Shown: positions 1 to 10,261, counted from the first letter of the stretch. The stretch: DNA of 64,000 nucleotides from Candidatus Marinacidobacterales bacterium (GCA_965226495.1 OZ245365.1:6208001-6272000); one strand, 5' to 3'. Numbers and translations are program-made. The notes: generated from the letters alone by a model not told the origin.

Positions 1-79
1 CCGAACGAAGAGTGAGGACCCGACAGACGGATGCCGACGGAGCGCGACGCCTGGGGGTGGGGCCCCAGGCGACTGATTA

Positions 80-955
80 ATGGCCGATCCAAAGAAACGA
101 CTCGCGGGAAACGTCGTCGGCCCTTGGTTCGTTGATTCTTCGTGCATCGACTGCGACGCTTGCCGGCAGTTGGCACCTGATGTGTTCTCCGACGGACCTG
201 GATATGCCTTAGTCGCACGACAGCCCGTCGGCCCCGACTCCCCGGACTCTGATGACCGGCTCGGTGCCCTCCGCGCGATGGTTGCCTGTCCGGTAGGGGC
301 CATCGGAAGCGAAGAATCGACCGCGGTGCCTCCCGGGTTGTTCCCGATGCTCCTCGAGGACGGAGTCTTCTATTGTGGCTACAACTCGGAGGACTCATAC
401 GGAGCCAATAGTTTCTTCGTTGAGCGTCCGGAGGGGAACATTCTCGTCGACTCGCCACGATGGGCGAAGCTCTTGGTTCGTGAGCTCGAAGAGCGAGGCG
501 GCATCTCAGACATCTTGCTAACCCATCAAGATGACGTAGCAGACGCCGGTCGCTATCACGAGCATTTCGAAGCCCGGGTGTGGATTCACGAGGCGGAGCG
601 CCGATCCGCGCCTTACGCTACCCATCTACTCGAGAGTGAAGCGCCGAAGGAGATCAGTCCAGGTCTACTTGCCATCCCGGTTCCGGGACACACCCGGGGA
701 AGCACGATGTTTCTCTTGGAACAGAAGTTTCTCTTTACTGGCGACTCACTCTACTGGAGCAGACGGCGGGGCGGGCTAGCCGCCTCGAAGAGCTACTGTT
801 GGTATTCGTGGGACAAACAAGTGGAATCGTTGATCCGGCTAGCAGACTACCGCTTCGAGTGGGTGCTCGCCGGGCACGGAGAACGCATTCGACTATCGCC
901 CAATGAGGCACGCGAGAGCCTGATGGCCCTAACGAGTCGATTCTCTCGCGTATGA
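80..955 (+). CDS. Ferredoxin-like N-terminus fused to a metallo-beta-lactamase-fold hydrolase
   Basis: CIDCDAC...CP ferredoxin motif; THQDD, PGHT, FTGD and GHG MBL motifs. Confidence 0.85.
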   Translation: MADPKKRLAGNVVGPWFVDSSCIDCDACRQLAPDVFSDGPGYALVARQPVGPDSPDSDDRLGALRAMVACPVGAIGSEESTAVPPGLFPMLLEDGVFYCGYNSEDSYGANSFFVERPEGNILVDSPRWAKLLVRELEERGGISDILLTHQDDVADAGRYHEHFEARVWIHEAERRSAPYATHLLESEAPKEISPGLLAIPVPGHTRGSTMFLLEQKFLFTGDSLYWSRRRGGLAASKSYCWYSWDKQVESLIRLADYRFEWVLAGHGERIRLSPNEARESLMALTSRFSRV

Positions 956-2121
956 ACTTCCGCGCTCTATTCGCTCTCGCCACCGCTCACTTCCTCGGAG
1001 ACTCCTATGCCAGTTTCCTGGCCCCTCTTCTCCCGGCACTGATCATTCGACACGGACTGGATCTGAAGGAGGCCGGACTTCTGGCCGCGGTGTTGTCGAC
1101 CGCGAGTCATCTGATGCAACCGGCCTGGGGCTTTCTGGCAGACCGCTGGCCGGGCCGCCGTTTCGCGGTTGCGGGACCCCTTTTGATGGCGATCTGCATC
1201 AGTACCATTGGCTTGGCTCCGAGCTTGGGTTTCCTTGTCCTCGCGCTGGCCGTCGGTGGTAGCGGGATGGCCGCCTTTCATCCCGAAGCCGCTTCTTTGG
1301 CTCGTCAGTCGAGCGGCTCCCGTCCGGCGCTCGGAATGTCGCTCTTCATTAGTGGAGGGAACCTGGGCTTTGCTTTTGGCCCGGTGGTCGTAACCAGTTT
1401 GGTTGCCGCCTTCGGTCTCGGCGGAACCATCTGGGGCATGATACCCGGAGTTGTCGGCGCTCTTATCTTGCTCAAGCTGGTTCCGGCCCCCGCGAACGTC
1501 GCAGAGAGATCCACCGCCAGAAATGCGATCTCCGCAGCGCCTTCTTCTCCCACGATGAAAGCGCTGGTGAACCTTTGGGCAATTTCCATCTTGCGCGGCC
1601 TGGTCACGGTGAGCTTCCTGACATTCTTGCCAATCCTCTTTGCGAGTCGGGGGCTCAGCCTAACTATGGGCGGTCAGTTAGTTACTCTATTTCTCCTTGC
1701 CGGAGCGATCGGGGGCGTCCTGGGAGGCTTTGCCGCCGAGAGGTTCGGAAGCAAACGCATGATGGGTACGACCCTCGCGCTGGTAACGCCGATTCTCCTA
1801 TGTGCGATTTGGACAAGTGGTGTCGTGCAAGGAACGGCCCTGCTGGTGGGCGGGGTTTTGCTGGTCGCTTCCCATCCGGTGAACGTCAGTCTCGCTCAGT
1901 CCCTCGCCCCTAATCGAGCCGGCACGGCGGCCGCGTTCATGATTGGTGTGGCGATGGGTGTTTCCGGTCTTCTCATGCCGGTGGTCGGGGCTGCCGCAGA
2001 CGCGTACGGCATCGAAAAGGCTCTTACGGTTTTGGCGTTCGGTCCATTTTTCGGATCCATCCTCGTGATACCGCTTCCCAAGGCGGTGCCTCGGAATACC
2101 ACCGTATCACCGCTTCCATAG
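952..2121 (+). CDS. MFS transporter (Fsr-like)
   Basis: About 12 hydrophobic helices; GFLADRWPGRR motif A; AFHPEA; ATGA overlap with the upstream gene. Confidence 0.85.
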   Translation: MNFRALFALATAHFLGDSYASFLAPLLPALIIRHGLDLKEAGLLAAVLSTASHLMQPAWGFLADRWPGRRFAVAGPLLMAICISTIGLAPSLGFLVLALAVGGSGMAAFHPEAASLARQSSGSRPALGMSLFISGGNLGFAFGPVVVTSLVAAFGLGGTIWGMIPGVVGALILLKLVPAPANVAERSTARNAISAAPSSPTMKALVNLWAISILRGLVTVSFLTFLPILFASRGLSLTMGGQLVTLFLLAGAIGGVLGGFAAERFGSKRMMGTTLALVTPILLCAIWTSGVVQGTALLVGGVLLVASHPVNVSLAQSLAPNRAGTAAAFMIGVAMGVSGLLMPVVGAAADAYGIEKALTVLAFGPFFGSILVIPLPKAVPRNTTVSPLP

Positions 2122-2155
2122 TTGGCTTGAGATATGATCAGTTTCGGGAGGTAAA

Positions 2156-3193
2156 GTGAATAACCGATTTCTAGACGCCTGTCAGCGCAAGCCGGTAGAT
2201 GCGACGCCGGTGTGGTACATGAGACAAGCGGGGCGTTACATGCCGGAGTATCGGGAGCTTCGCACCAAGCACGCGCTTCTCGAAATCTGTCGCACCCCCG
2301 AGCTCGCGGTTACCGTTACGCTACAGCCTTTGGCCCGCTTGAACGTGGATGCCGCGATCTTGTTTTCAGATCTTCTTATTCCTCTCAAACCGATGGGCAT
2401 CGATTTCGATTTCGTGAAGGGTGAAGGACCTCAGATCGACAATCCGATACGGGGTAGGGAAGATGTGGACCGGCTTCGAGAGTTCGAGCCACGAGAGGAG
2501 CTAGGGTTCACGATGGACGCGATTCGCCTGCTCCGTAAAGAGCTCGAGGGTAAAGTTCCACTAATCGGATTCGCCGGGGCGCCTTTTACATTGGCGTCCT
2601 ACTTGATAGAGGGAAGCTCTTCCCGCAGTTTCGAGAAGACCAAGTCTCTGATGTACGCCGATCCCGAGAGTTGGCATAGGTTGGCTTCTAAGTTGGCCTC
2701 GATGGTTCGGGACTATCTTCTCGCGCAGGTCGAGGCCGGCGCCCAAGCGGTGCAGATATTCGATTCCTGGGCCGGCATCTTGTCACCCGAGGACTATCGT
2801 GAGTTCGTGTTACCACACAGTCAGGCCGTCATAGAAGGCCTGAAGGATACAACAGGCTCATCGGTCCCGGTAATTCACTTTGCAACCGGGAGTACCGGCT
2901 TGCTCCACCTTATTCGCAAGGCTGGAGGAGACGTCATCGGCCTCGACTGGCGCGTCGATCTCGACGTGGGTTGGGACATCGTAGGTAACGACGTTGCGGT
3001 TCAGGGCAACCTCGATCCAGCATTTCTCCTGGGTCCGCCCGAGCTTGCCTTTCGGCGAGCCGACGACATCTTGGCTCGCGCTGGCTCACGCTCCGGCCAC
3101 ATCTTCAATCTCGGCCACGGAATTCTTCCCACCACACCCGTCGAAACGGCGGCCGCCCTGATCGAGCATGTCCATCGGAAAACCGCACGATGA
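2156..3193 (+). CDS. hemE: Uroporphyrinogen decarboxylase
   Basis: PVWYMRQAGRYMPEY, GFAGAPFTLASY, HIFNLGHGI. Confidence 0.97.
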   Translation: MNNRFLDACQRKPVDATPVWYMRQAGRYMPEYRELRTKHALLEICRTPELAVTVTLQPLARLNVDAAILFSDLLIPLKPMGIDFDFVKGEGPQIDNPIRGREDVDRLREFEPREELGFTMDAIRLLRKELEGKVPLIGFAGAPFTLASYLIEGSSSRSFEKTKSLMYADPESWHRLASKLASMVRDYLLAQVEAGAQAVQIFDSWAGILSPEDYREFVLPHSQAVIEGLKDTTGSSVPVIHFATGSTGLLHLIRKAGGDVIGLDWRVDLDVGWDIVGNDVAVQGNLDPAFLLGPPELAFRRADDILARAGSRSGHIFNLGHGILPTTPVETAAALIEHVHRKTAR

Positions 3194-4086
3194 TCGCGGT
3201 CCTGATGATGGCGCATGGAACGCCTGACTCGGTCGACCAGATGGAAGCGTATCTAACGCGTGTTCGAGGTGGTCGTCGACCGTCCGCCGAACTCCTGAAG
3301 GAAATGATCGGTAACTACACCGCGATCGGTGGCCGGTCTCCGCTAACGGAGCTGACCCACGCGCAGGCACGAGCCGTCGAGGCGAAGCTCGGCGAGCCGT
3401 TTCGAGTCTTCGTGGGAATGCGCAACTGGCACCCTTATATAGAGGATGCGGCGAAGGAGATCGTTGACCAAGGGGCGGAGAAGTGCATTGGTATGCCCAT
3501 GGCCCCACAGTACTCGGAGTTGAGCGTCAAGAAGTATTTGGACGAGGCGCAACGGGTCGTCCCCGCCGAGGTTCCCCTCGAGCTGGTTCAATCTTGGTAC
3601 GATCATCCGGGTCTGCTGGACGCGTTCGCCGAGAAACTGAGTTTGGCGCAAGAAATCTGGGGCGTGCCGGAAGAAGTGATCCTCACCGCGCATAGTCTGC
3701 CCGAGCGAGTAAAAGATGTCCCGGGACCGGAGAGTCCGGCGTACCCTGTCCAATTTCAGAAAACCGCCGAAGGTGTTGCGCAAAGGGTTGGATTGAAGCG
3801 CTTTCACATCGCTTACCAGAGTGCGGGTCGGACTCCCGAGCCTTGGCTAGGCCCGGAGCTATCGCAAGTTCTGGAGGAGTTGGCCCGGCAGGGAACAAAG
3901 CGCGTGCTGGTCGTGCCAGTCGGCTTCGTGTGCGATCACACCGAGATCCTTTTCGATATCGATCAACAAGCCAAGGCGTTGGCCGAGGGACTGGGAATAG
4001 AGCTCGCGCGCACCGAGTCACTCAATACCTCCCCGCGGTTCATCGAGGCGGTGGCGGACATCATTCGCTCTCGTGTCGATTCGTGA
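3190..4086 (+). CDS. hemH: Ferrochelatase
   Basis: IGGRSPL, TAHSLP, YQSAGRTPEPWLGP, GFVCDHTEILFDID. Confidence 0.95.
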   Translation: MIAVLMMAHGTPDSVDQMEAYLTRVRGGRRPSAELLKEMIGNYTAIGGRSPLTELTHAQARAVEAKLGEPFRVFVGMRNWHPYIEDAAKEIVDQGAEKCIGMPMAPQYSELSVKKYLDEAQRVVPAEVPLELVQSWYDHPGLLDAFAEKLSLAQEIWGVPEEVILTAHSLPERVKDVPGPESPAYPVQFQKTAEGVAQRVGLKRFHIAYQSAGRTPEPWLGPELSQVLEELARQGTKRVLVVPVGFVCDHTEILFDIDQQAKALAEGLGIELARTESLNTSPRFIEAVADIIRSRVDS

Positions 4087-5486
4087 AACGCACTTCGGTC
4101 GTTGTCATCGGTGGCGGAATCACTGGTCTCGCTGCCGCTTATACCCTTGCTCGTAAGTCGATCGATTTCCTACTCCTCGAAAAAGAGCCAAGGCTCGGCG
4201 GCACGATTCGTACCGAGCGCGAGGCGGGGTTCTTGTTGGATACCGGGCCCGACGCATTCCTCGCTCAAAAGCCGGACGGCGTAGCTCTCTGCCGGGAGCT
4301 CGGTCTCGAAAAACGCTTGATTCCAACCAATCCGGCCGAACGAGCGGTCTACGTGCTACACGGCGGTCGTTTGCATCCGCTTCCCGAAGGAATGGTGTTA
4401 ACGGTGCCCACCCGGATTCTCCCTCTGGTGTCTTCGAGTTTATTTTCCCTTGCAGGGAAAGTGAGGATGGCACTCGATCTTCTGATACCGGCGCGGACGG
4501 GACCGGATGAGTCCATCGCTTCTTTTGTGAGGCGCAGGCTAGGGCAAGAGGCCCTGGAACGACTGGCCGAGCCTCTTCTCGCAGGAATCCATTCCGGCGA
4601 CCCGGAGCGGCTCTCGATGAGTTTCCTTTTTCCGCGTTTCGTCGAGCTCGAGAAGAAGCACGGAAGTCTCATTCGGGGAATGCGCAAAGCTGCCCCTCGA
4701 AGAACTCCCGACAAGAAAGGTGGACTGGCGGCCTCGGTCTTCCTGTCGCTCGCGGGCGGCCTCGGTGAGTTGGTGGATGCGATTGCCGAGAGACTTCCCG
4801 AGGACTCGCTCCTCAAAGGAGAAGGGGTCCGAGCGCTTCGGAAGGACGGGGAGGGTTACTGCTTGCGGCTTGATTCGGGTGAGGAAATCTCTGCCTCCGC
4901 CTGCGTGATGGCGGCTCCGCTGCGGGTGGCGGAACGGCTGGTCGAAAACGTCTCCTCCGACATCGCCGACTTGCTCATAGGTATCCCGACGGTTTCTACC
5001 GCGGTCGTCTTCTTGGGTTTTCCCCGTGAACAGGTTCGCCATCCTCTCAATGGGTATGGTTTCGTCGTACCACGCACCGAGGGACGTCGGATTCTGGCCG
5101 CGACGTTCGTGTCTTCGAAGTTCGCGAACCGTGCCCCAAGCTCTCATGTGCTTCTGCGAGCTTTTTTGGGTGGAGCGAGAGATCCGGACGTGCTCGGACT
5201 CTCAGACACCGCGCTCGTCGACCTGGCGGTGCGCGAGCTCGGTGGAATTCTTGGCTCGCTCGGAGAGCCATCTTTCTCGAGAGTGCGCCGCTGGCAACAC
5301 GGCACACCTCAAGTAGAAGTGGGTCATGCGGATCGCCTGGCGGCTATCGAAGCCCGGCTAAAGGAAATGCCTGGCCTGGAGCTCGCAGGGAATGGAATCC
5401 GTGGAGTCGGTATTCCCGACTGCATTGCGGATGGGCGCGGTAGTGCCGAGGCGGCCGTGCAATTTCTGGAAAGCGGGGGCGCGTGA
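4083..5486 (+). CDS. hemY: Protoporphyrinogen/coproporphyrinogen oxidase (HemY type)
   Basis: GGGITGLAAA FAD motif, GPDAFL, GVGIPDCI; GTG start at 4083 overlaps the hemH stop. Confidence 0.92.
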   Translation: MKRTSVVVIGGGITGLAAAYTLARKSIDFLLLEKEPRLGGTIRTEREAGFLLDTGPDAFLAQKPDGVALCRELGLEKRLIPTNPAERAVYVLHGGRLHPLPEGMVLTVPTRILPLVSSSLFSLAGKVRMALDLLIPARTGPDESIASFVRRRLGQEALERLAEPLLAGIHSGDPERLSMSFLFPRFVELEKKHGSLIRGMRKAAPRRTPDKKGGLAASVFLSLAGGLGELVDAIAERLPEDSLLKGEGVRALRKDGEGYCLRLDSGEEISASACVMAAPLRVAERLVENVSSDIADLLIGIPTVSTAVVFLGFPREQVRHPLNGYGFVVPRTEGRRILAATFVSSKFANRAPSSHVLLRAFLGGARDPDVLGLSDTALVDLAVRELGGILGSLGEPSFSRVRRWQHGTPQVEVGHADRLAAIEARLKEMPGLELAGNGIRGVGIPDCIADGRGSAEAAVQFLESGGA

Positions 5487-5517
5487 GTCAACGGCGGAAG
5501 TTTGAAGTCAGCCGAAA

Positions 5518-5591
5518 TGGCTGGGAAGCAGGGATTCGAACCCCGATTCCGTGGTCCAGAGCCACGTGTCCTACCATTGGACGACTTCCCA
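5518..5591 (-). tRNA. tRNA-Gln(CTG)
   Basis: Reverse complement folds as a cloverleaf: anticodon arm CGTGG-CTCTGGA-CCACG, T-loop GTTCGAATCC, encoded CCA. Confidence 0.95.
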
Positions 5592-5609
5592 AACAACCGA
5601 GTCGTGTCC

Positions 5610-5639
5610 AGCATAGCGGCGGCCAGGCAAATTTGTCAA
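5610..5639 (-). promoter_or_regulatory. Putative sigma70 promoter of tRNA-Gln
   Basis: Minus strand TTGACA-N18-TATGCT just upstream of the tRNA. Confidence 0.55.
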
Positions 5640-5665
5640 CGAATTGAAGCCCACCTTCATTTACT

Positions 5666-5821
5666 CCCTCTCCCTCAGGGGAGGGCCGGGGTGAGGGTGG
5701 CATGTTGGTCTCTTCATTCTTTCCCCCCTCTCCCTCAGGGAGAGGGCCGGGGTGAGGGTGGCTGTTGGTCTCTTCATCCTTTCCCCCCTCTCCCTCAGGG
5801 AGAGGGCCGGGGTGAGGGTGG
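5666..5821. repeat. Three tandem REP-like hairpin units, 60-bp period
   Basis: CCCTCTCCCTCAGGG(A)GAGGGCCGGGGTGAGGGTGG at 5666, 5726 and 5786. Confidence 0.85.
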
Positions 5822-5870
5822 TTCAACACTTGCCCAAGCCGCTTTACCAAAGCGGTTTACGTAGATCGGA

Positions 5871-5965
5871 TGGCGGAGAGGGAGGGATTCGAACCCTCGA
5901 CACAGGCTCATCACCCGTGTAACTGCTTAGCAGGCAGCCCTGTTCAGCCACTCCAGCACCTCTCC
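5871..5965 (-). tRNA. tRNA-Ser(GCT), copy 1
   Basis: GGAGAGG acceptor stem, anticodon loop CTGCTAA, long variable arm, GTTCGAATCC, CCA end. Confidence 0.95.
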
Positions 5966-6047
5966 ATCCAGGGGGGGTTGATTCGAGCCGAGCGGCAGAG
6001 CTATCGTACAACCAAAGGGAAGGGCCGGTCAAAGAAACGCGGCGGTG

Positions 6048-6611
6048 TCACGAAGTTTCTATCGCCTTGAATTGATCTTCGGTGATCCCCATCAGCACGA
6101 TGTCGTGGTAGTCCCCCTCGCGAAAGAAGGCCTCCCGTAACCTTCCCTCTTCGACTAATCCCGATTTTTGATAAGAGCGGATGGCGCGCTCGTTGAAATC
6201 GAAGACCTGAAGGCCCACCCGATGTAGGTTCAGTTCGTTGAAACCGAAACCGAGGAGGAGGTCGACGGCTTCTTTTCCGTATCCCTTGCCTAGGTAGTCG
6301 TGGTTTCCGATCACAATCCCTAGCTCACCGGAGCGATTACGCCAATCGATATTGATGAGCCCGGTCGTGCCGATGCAGAGGTCGTTGTCCCGAAGGGAGA
6401 TCACGAAGGCTCGATTCATCGGGTCCTCCCCACCCATTTGTGTCTCTACGAAGCGCTCGGTCTCACGCTGTGTCTGCGGGAAGATGGCCCAGGAAAGGAA
6501 ACGGACGATGAGCGGGTCGTTCACCCAAGCGTGGATGACGGGAACGTCCTGTGGGAGGAACTCTCTTAGGACTACCTTCTTGCCTTCCACGCGGGGCAAA
6601 GGCTCTCTCAA
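6048..6611 (-). CDS. GNAT acetyltransferase (RimJ/RimL type)
   Basis: GKGYGKEA, LNLHRV, NERAIRSY, EGRLRE; TTG start coupled to the upstream stop. Confidence 0.88.
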   Translation of the reverse strand: MREPLPRVEGKKVVLREFLPQDVPVIHAWVNDPLIVRFLSWAIFPQTQRETERFVETQMGGEDPMNRAFVISLRDNDLCIGTTGLINIDWRNRSGELGIVIGNHDYLGKGYGKEAVDLLLGFGFNELNLHRVGLQVFDFNERAIRSYQKSGLVEEGRLREAFFREGDYHDIVLMGITEDQFKAIETS

Positions 6612-7597
6612 GACGCAGCTTGGAGCTCTCTGAGTCGCTTCTTGGCGTCGGTGACTCCGGGAAGAGAGCCCTCGGCATCCCCCCAAAGCGCGAGGAATTT
6701 CTGATAGTACGAGGCGGCTTCTTCGCTTCGCTCCAGCGCGTCAAGCACTCTCGCCAGCTCGAGTAGGGTCTTCACGTAGTAAACGGGTACGTCGAGCCTC
6801 TGATCTGTAGACTCGACGATCGCTCGATAAGTTGCCGCGGCGTCGACCAGATTCTCCTCGGCGAGGTAAGCGCGGGCAATGGCGTCCTGATAAAGGGGAT
6901 GTGGGAATAGGCCGTTGGCTTTCTCCAGCAGCTCGTGTGCTTTCTTCGGATTGCCTTGGGCGATCGCCAATTCACCTTGCAGATGGTAGACGCGACGCAT
7001 CTGATCGGGCTGCCCCGAGCGTGCGACGGCCTGCTCGAGATCCTGTATCTGGTAGCGCAGGCTTCCCCAGTCGCCCTGCTTGGTGGCAAGGACGCCGGCT
7101 TGGTGGAGCGTGTTCAGGTCGTTCGGACCCAGTTCCAAGGCTGCGACGAAGGCCGCATTCGCCCGACCGAACTGATCGAGCTGGGTAAGTACGTGGCCGG
7201 GATACCAGATCGCGTGCACTTCGGCCGACCGTTCACCCAATTGCTTGGCGAGCTGGGCCTCCTTCTCTGCCTTCGCGAGCGAGGCATCGATGTCGCCTTG
7301 ATAGATATGAGCCCACCCTCCCCACTTGGCTGATTCCATTTGCCAGCGAAGATCCTTCGAGGCGGCGAGCCTCTCGTAGGCCTCGATCGCTTCCCGGTAT
7401 TGGCCGGCGAGCGCGAGACTATGTCCCAGCTCCAGCTGGGCTTCGGGCAAGTCGGGCTGGCTGGCGAGAATTTCCTGGAAGGCAACGATGGCCTCTTCCA
7501 ACTTTCCTTCTTGCCGGAGCTTCTTCCCGGAGTCCAGATCCGGTACGGAACTAGAAATAAACGATGCGAGAATGAGTTGAGTCGTTATGAACATCAT
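6608..7597 (-). CDS. Tetratricopeptide repeat protein, probably exported
   Basis: Repeated helical TPR patterns; hydrophobic N-terminus. Confidence 0.75.
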   Translation of the reverse strand: MMFITTQLILASFISSSVPDLDSGKKLRQEGKLEEAIVAFQEILASQPDLPEAQLELGHSLALAGQYREAIEAYERLAASKDLRWQMESAKWGGWAHIYQGDIDASLAKAEKEAQLAKQLGERSAEVHAIWYPGHVLTQLDQFGRANAAFVAALELGPNDLNTLHQAGVLATKQGDWGSLRYQIQDLEQAVARSGQPDQMRRVYHLQGELAIAQGNPKKAHELLEKANGLFPHPLYQDAIARAYLAEENLVDAAATYRAIVESTDQRLDVPVYYVKTLLELARVLDALERSEEAASYYQKFLALWGDAEGSLPGVTDAKKRLRELQAAS

Positions 7598-7691
7598 GGC
7601 CCTCAGATAATCACAACGGGTGGCGAAGAGTCAATGGGGTGTTGGTCGTCGTGTTAGACTCTGTTTCCGCAGGCCCGCGGCCCAGCTTCCG

Positions 7692-8924
7692 ATGAGCGAA
7701 TACCTACCCCGACTCCGAACGACACTGGACATCATGCCGTCGCCCTTTCCCGATCAGCCGGGTATCGTATTGCGGGACCCGTTCGGTTACAGCGAGGAGC
7801 TAGTCCTGATACCGGAGTCTATGCTCACCATCCTGGCCCGCCTCGATGGGGCACACACCGAGCTCGACGTGCGAACGCTTCTCACCCGGCAACGGGGAGG
7901 GCAGCTCGTTGCTCCGGATCATGTGCGGGGATTCGTATCGCTTCTCGACGAAAGAGGGTTCCTGGAAACCGACGCTTTTTTCCAACTTCGCGACGCCAGG
8001 CATTCGGCGTTCGAAACGGCCCGCGAGCGTGTTCCCGCTCATGCCGGAATAGCCTACCCGGAGCTTGAAGAAGAGCTGCGACAAACGTTCGATGAACAGT
8101 TTCAGGACGACACCAAGCCAGAGGTATCGCCGCTCATGGGCTTGGCGGCTCCTCACGTCAGCCCGGAGGGCGGTTGGGCATCGTATACCGCCGCCTATCG
8201 GCAGCTCGATACCTCACTCAGTGATCGGACCTTCGTCATTCTCGGCACATCGCACTACGGTGAGCCCGAGAAATTCGGGCTCACGAAGAAGGCCTTCTCG
8301 ACACCCCTTGGTATTGCCGAGACCGACGTGGAGTTGGTGTCGGCCTTGGCCGAAGGCGCTCCCGGATCGGTGGTGGAGGAGGATTATTGTCACGCCGTCG
8401 AGCATTCGATCGAATTCCAAGTGGTCTTCTTGCAGTACATGATGAGATCTCCAATACGTATTCTTCCGATACTCTGCGGGCCCTTTGTGGAGAGTCTTGC
8501 CACCGGAAAACCGCCCGAGTCTAACGCGGCGGTCGGTCGGTTCTTCGATGCGCTGGCCGAGCTCGGCGACCGCTATCGAGACAGGCTTTTCTGGCTGCTG
8601 GGAGTGGATCTTGCCCACATCGGAGTTCGATACGGAGACTCCGTTGCGGTGCGAGCCGGCGAGGGCCGCATGGCCGAGGTCGCGGAGCAGGACGGTGAAC
8701 GGCTCGAGCAGATATGCGCCGGCGAGGCCGATGCGTTCTTCGAGTTGGTAAAGCCGGGAGCCGACGAGCTCAAGTGGTGTGGGTTTTCACCGATCTATAC
8801 ATTCTTGGCCTCGCTTCGCCGCCTCACCGAAATCCGAGGCCGGGTACTCCACTACGAACAGTGGAATATCGACCCCGAGTCGGTGGTGAGCTTTGCGGGA
8901 CTCGAGTTCGTAGAGAAGTCGTGA
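7692..8924 (+). CDS. amrB: AmmeMemoRadiSam system protein B (MEMO1 family), copy 1
   Basis: AHAG..YP, AAPH, GTSHY, EHSIEFQ, VDLAHIG, CG..PIY. Confidence 0.85.
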   Translation: MSEYLPRLRTTLDIMPSPFPDQPGIVLRDPFGYSEELVLIPESMLTILARLDGAHTELDVRTLLTRQRGGQLVAPDHVRGFVSLLDERGFLETDAFFQLRDARHSAFETARERVPAHAGIAYPELEEELRQTFDEQFQDDTKPEVSPLMGLAAPHVSPEGGWASYTAAYRQLDTSLSDRTFVILGTSHYGEPEKFGLTKKAFSTPLGIAETDVELVSALAEGAPGSVVEEDYCHAVEHSIEFQVVFLQYMMRSPIRILPILCGPFVESLATGKPPESNAAVGRFFDALAELGDRYRDRLFWLLGVDLAHIGVRYGDSVAVRAGEGRMAEVAEQDGERLEQICAGEADAFFELVKPGADELKWCGFSPIYTFLASLRRLTEIRGRVLHYEQWNIDPESVVSFAGLEFVEKS

Positions 8925-8935
8925 ATCGGAAGTGA

Positions 8936-10261
8936 CTAATTGCTGCCCGCGATCTCGGCCAGTGCTTCGTAGAAGATCCGGATCCCTTTCCCCATATCCG
9001 TAATCGGCACGCGCTCCGCGTCCCCGTGCATCGAGCTCACGACGTCGGCCGTCAGGATCAGCGGGGTAAGCCCATAGCTCTTAGCACCTTTGTGGCGGAA
9101 GGCATTCGAGTCCGTGCCATAAGGGATGAGGATGGGAACCACCGTGGCGTCCGGATCGTGCCGGACAATCGCTTTCGCGAGGGCACCATAGAGACCGCCT
9201 TCGTAGGGTGTCACGACGCTGTCATCTGATTCGTAAAGGACTTCCAGCTCGATCTCTGGATCATCTAACCGTCGCCGGATCTCCGCCAACCACTCGTCGG
9301 TCGAGGTTCCAGGGAGGAGCCGACAGTCGAGCGTGGCCTCCGCCACCGACGGAATGACGTTTACCTTCACCGGCTCGCCCACTCCCGAACGCAAAGTGGT
9401 GAGGGAAATGGTCGAGTGCTGAATGGCACGAGTGAACTTGTTTTCTCCGAGGGGTCCCAACTCGGTTCGCAGCTGCTCCAGCAGCGGGACGGGCGAGCTC
9501 GGCAGTGGATGCGATAGGAGTCGAGTCAGCGCTCGCACTAGACGATCGTTGGGGTTTTGCGCGTGGGGCTGCGAACCGTGGCCGGCGACGCCTTCCGCCC
9601 GCACCTTCAACCACACGAGCTTTTTTTCCGCGACCGAGATGCCGAACACGAGCTTTCCGTCGACGAAAAGGTCACGGCTACCAAACCCGCCTTCGTCCAA
9701 GACGTACTCGGGATCGAGCTCTTGGTAGTGATTTTCGATCATCCATCTCGCGCCTAGCTCGCCCCCGATCTCCTCGTCAGCCACCGCCATGAAAATGATG
9801 TCACGGGAGAGTGGAGCTCCGGCGCGTTTGAGGGAGAGAAAGGAGTAAAGATGGATCATGCCAAGGGCCTTCATGTCCATGGCGCCTCGGCCCCAGACGT
9901 AGCCGTCTTTCGAGACGCCGCCGAAAGGATCCACGTCCCAGCGCGTGCGATCGGCAGGCACCACGTCCATGTGGTGGAGCAAGAGAATCGGTTTCCCATG
10001 CCCTGAGCCTGCGAGACGCGCGGTCAGGTTCACTTTGCCCGGGGCCGACTCGTACTGTGTGACTTCGACACCTTCCGCCCTTAGGACTCCGGAAAGAAGC
10101 TCGGCGGCGGTCGTGACCTTTCCGGGGGGGTTGGAGGTATCGATGCGAATGTAGTCTGTGAGGGTTCGGACCGCCTCGTCAGCGGTTTGCTCCCAGTTGA
10201 TCTCTTGAGCCCGGGCGCCAAGAGGGGTCAAGAGAAGCACGAGCGGTAAGAGAGCTCTCAT
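8936..10261 (-). CDS. M20/M25/M40 family metallopeptidase with signal peptide
   Basis: HMDVVP, GRGAMDMK, ADEEIGG, GHGS, HGDAER. Confidence 0.9.
   Translation of the reverse strand: MRALLPLVLLLTPLGARAQEINWEQTADEAVRTLTDYIRIDTSNPPGKVTTAAELLSGVLRAEGVEVTQYESAPGKVNLTARLAGSGHGKPILLLHHMDVVPADRTRWDVDPFGGVSKDGYVWGRGAMDMKALGMIHLYSFLSLKRAGAPLSRDIIFMAVADEEIGGELGARWMIENHYQELDPEYVLDEGGFGSRDLFVDGKLVFGISVAEKKLVWLKVRAEGVAGHGSQPHAQNPNDRLVRALTRLLSHPLPSSPVPLLEQLRTELGPLGENKFTRAIQHSTISLTTLRSGVGEPVKVNVIPSVAEATLDCRLLPGTSTDEWLAEIRRRLDDPEIELEVLYESDDSVVTPYEGGLYGALAKAIVRHDPDATVVPILIPYGTDSNAFRHKGAKSYGLTPLILTADVVSSMHGDAERVPITDMGKGIRIFYEALAEIAGSN

Noticed and set aside
48-71. GC hairpin CGCCTGGGG..CCCCAGGCG as a terminator or riboswitch
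   Set aside because: No U-tract and upstream context is cut off; more likely a dispersed palindromic repeat
3843-4082. N-terminal extension of hemY in the ORF track
   Set aside because: It overlaps hemH; the FAD motif and coupled GTG place the start at 4083
5871-5965. Selenocysteine tRNA because of the long variable arm
   Set aside because: The anticodon is GCT and the structure is an ordinary tRNA-Ser
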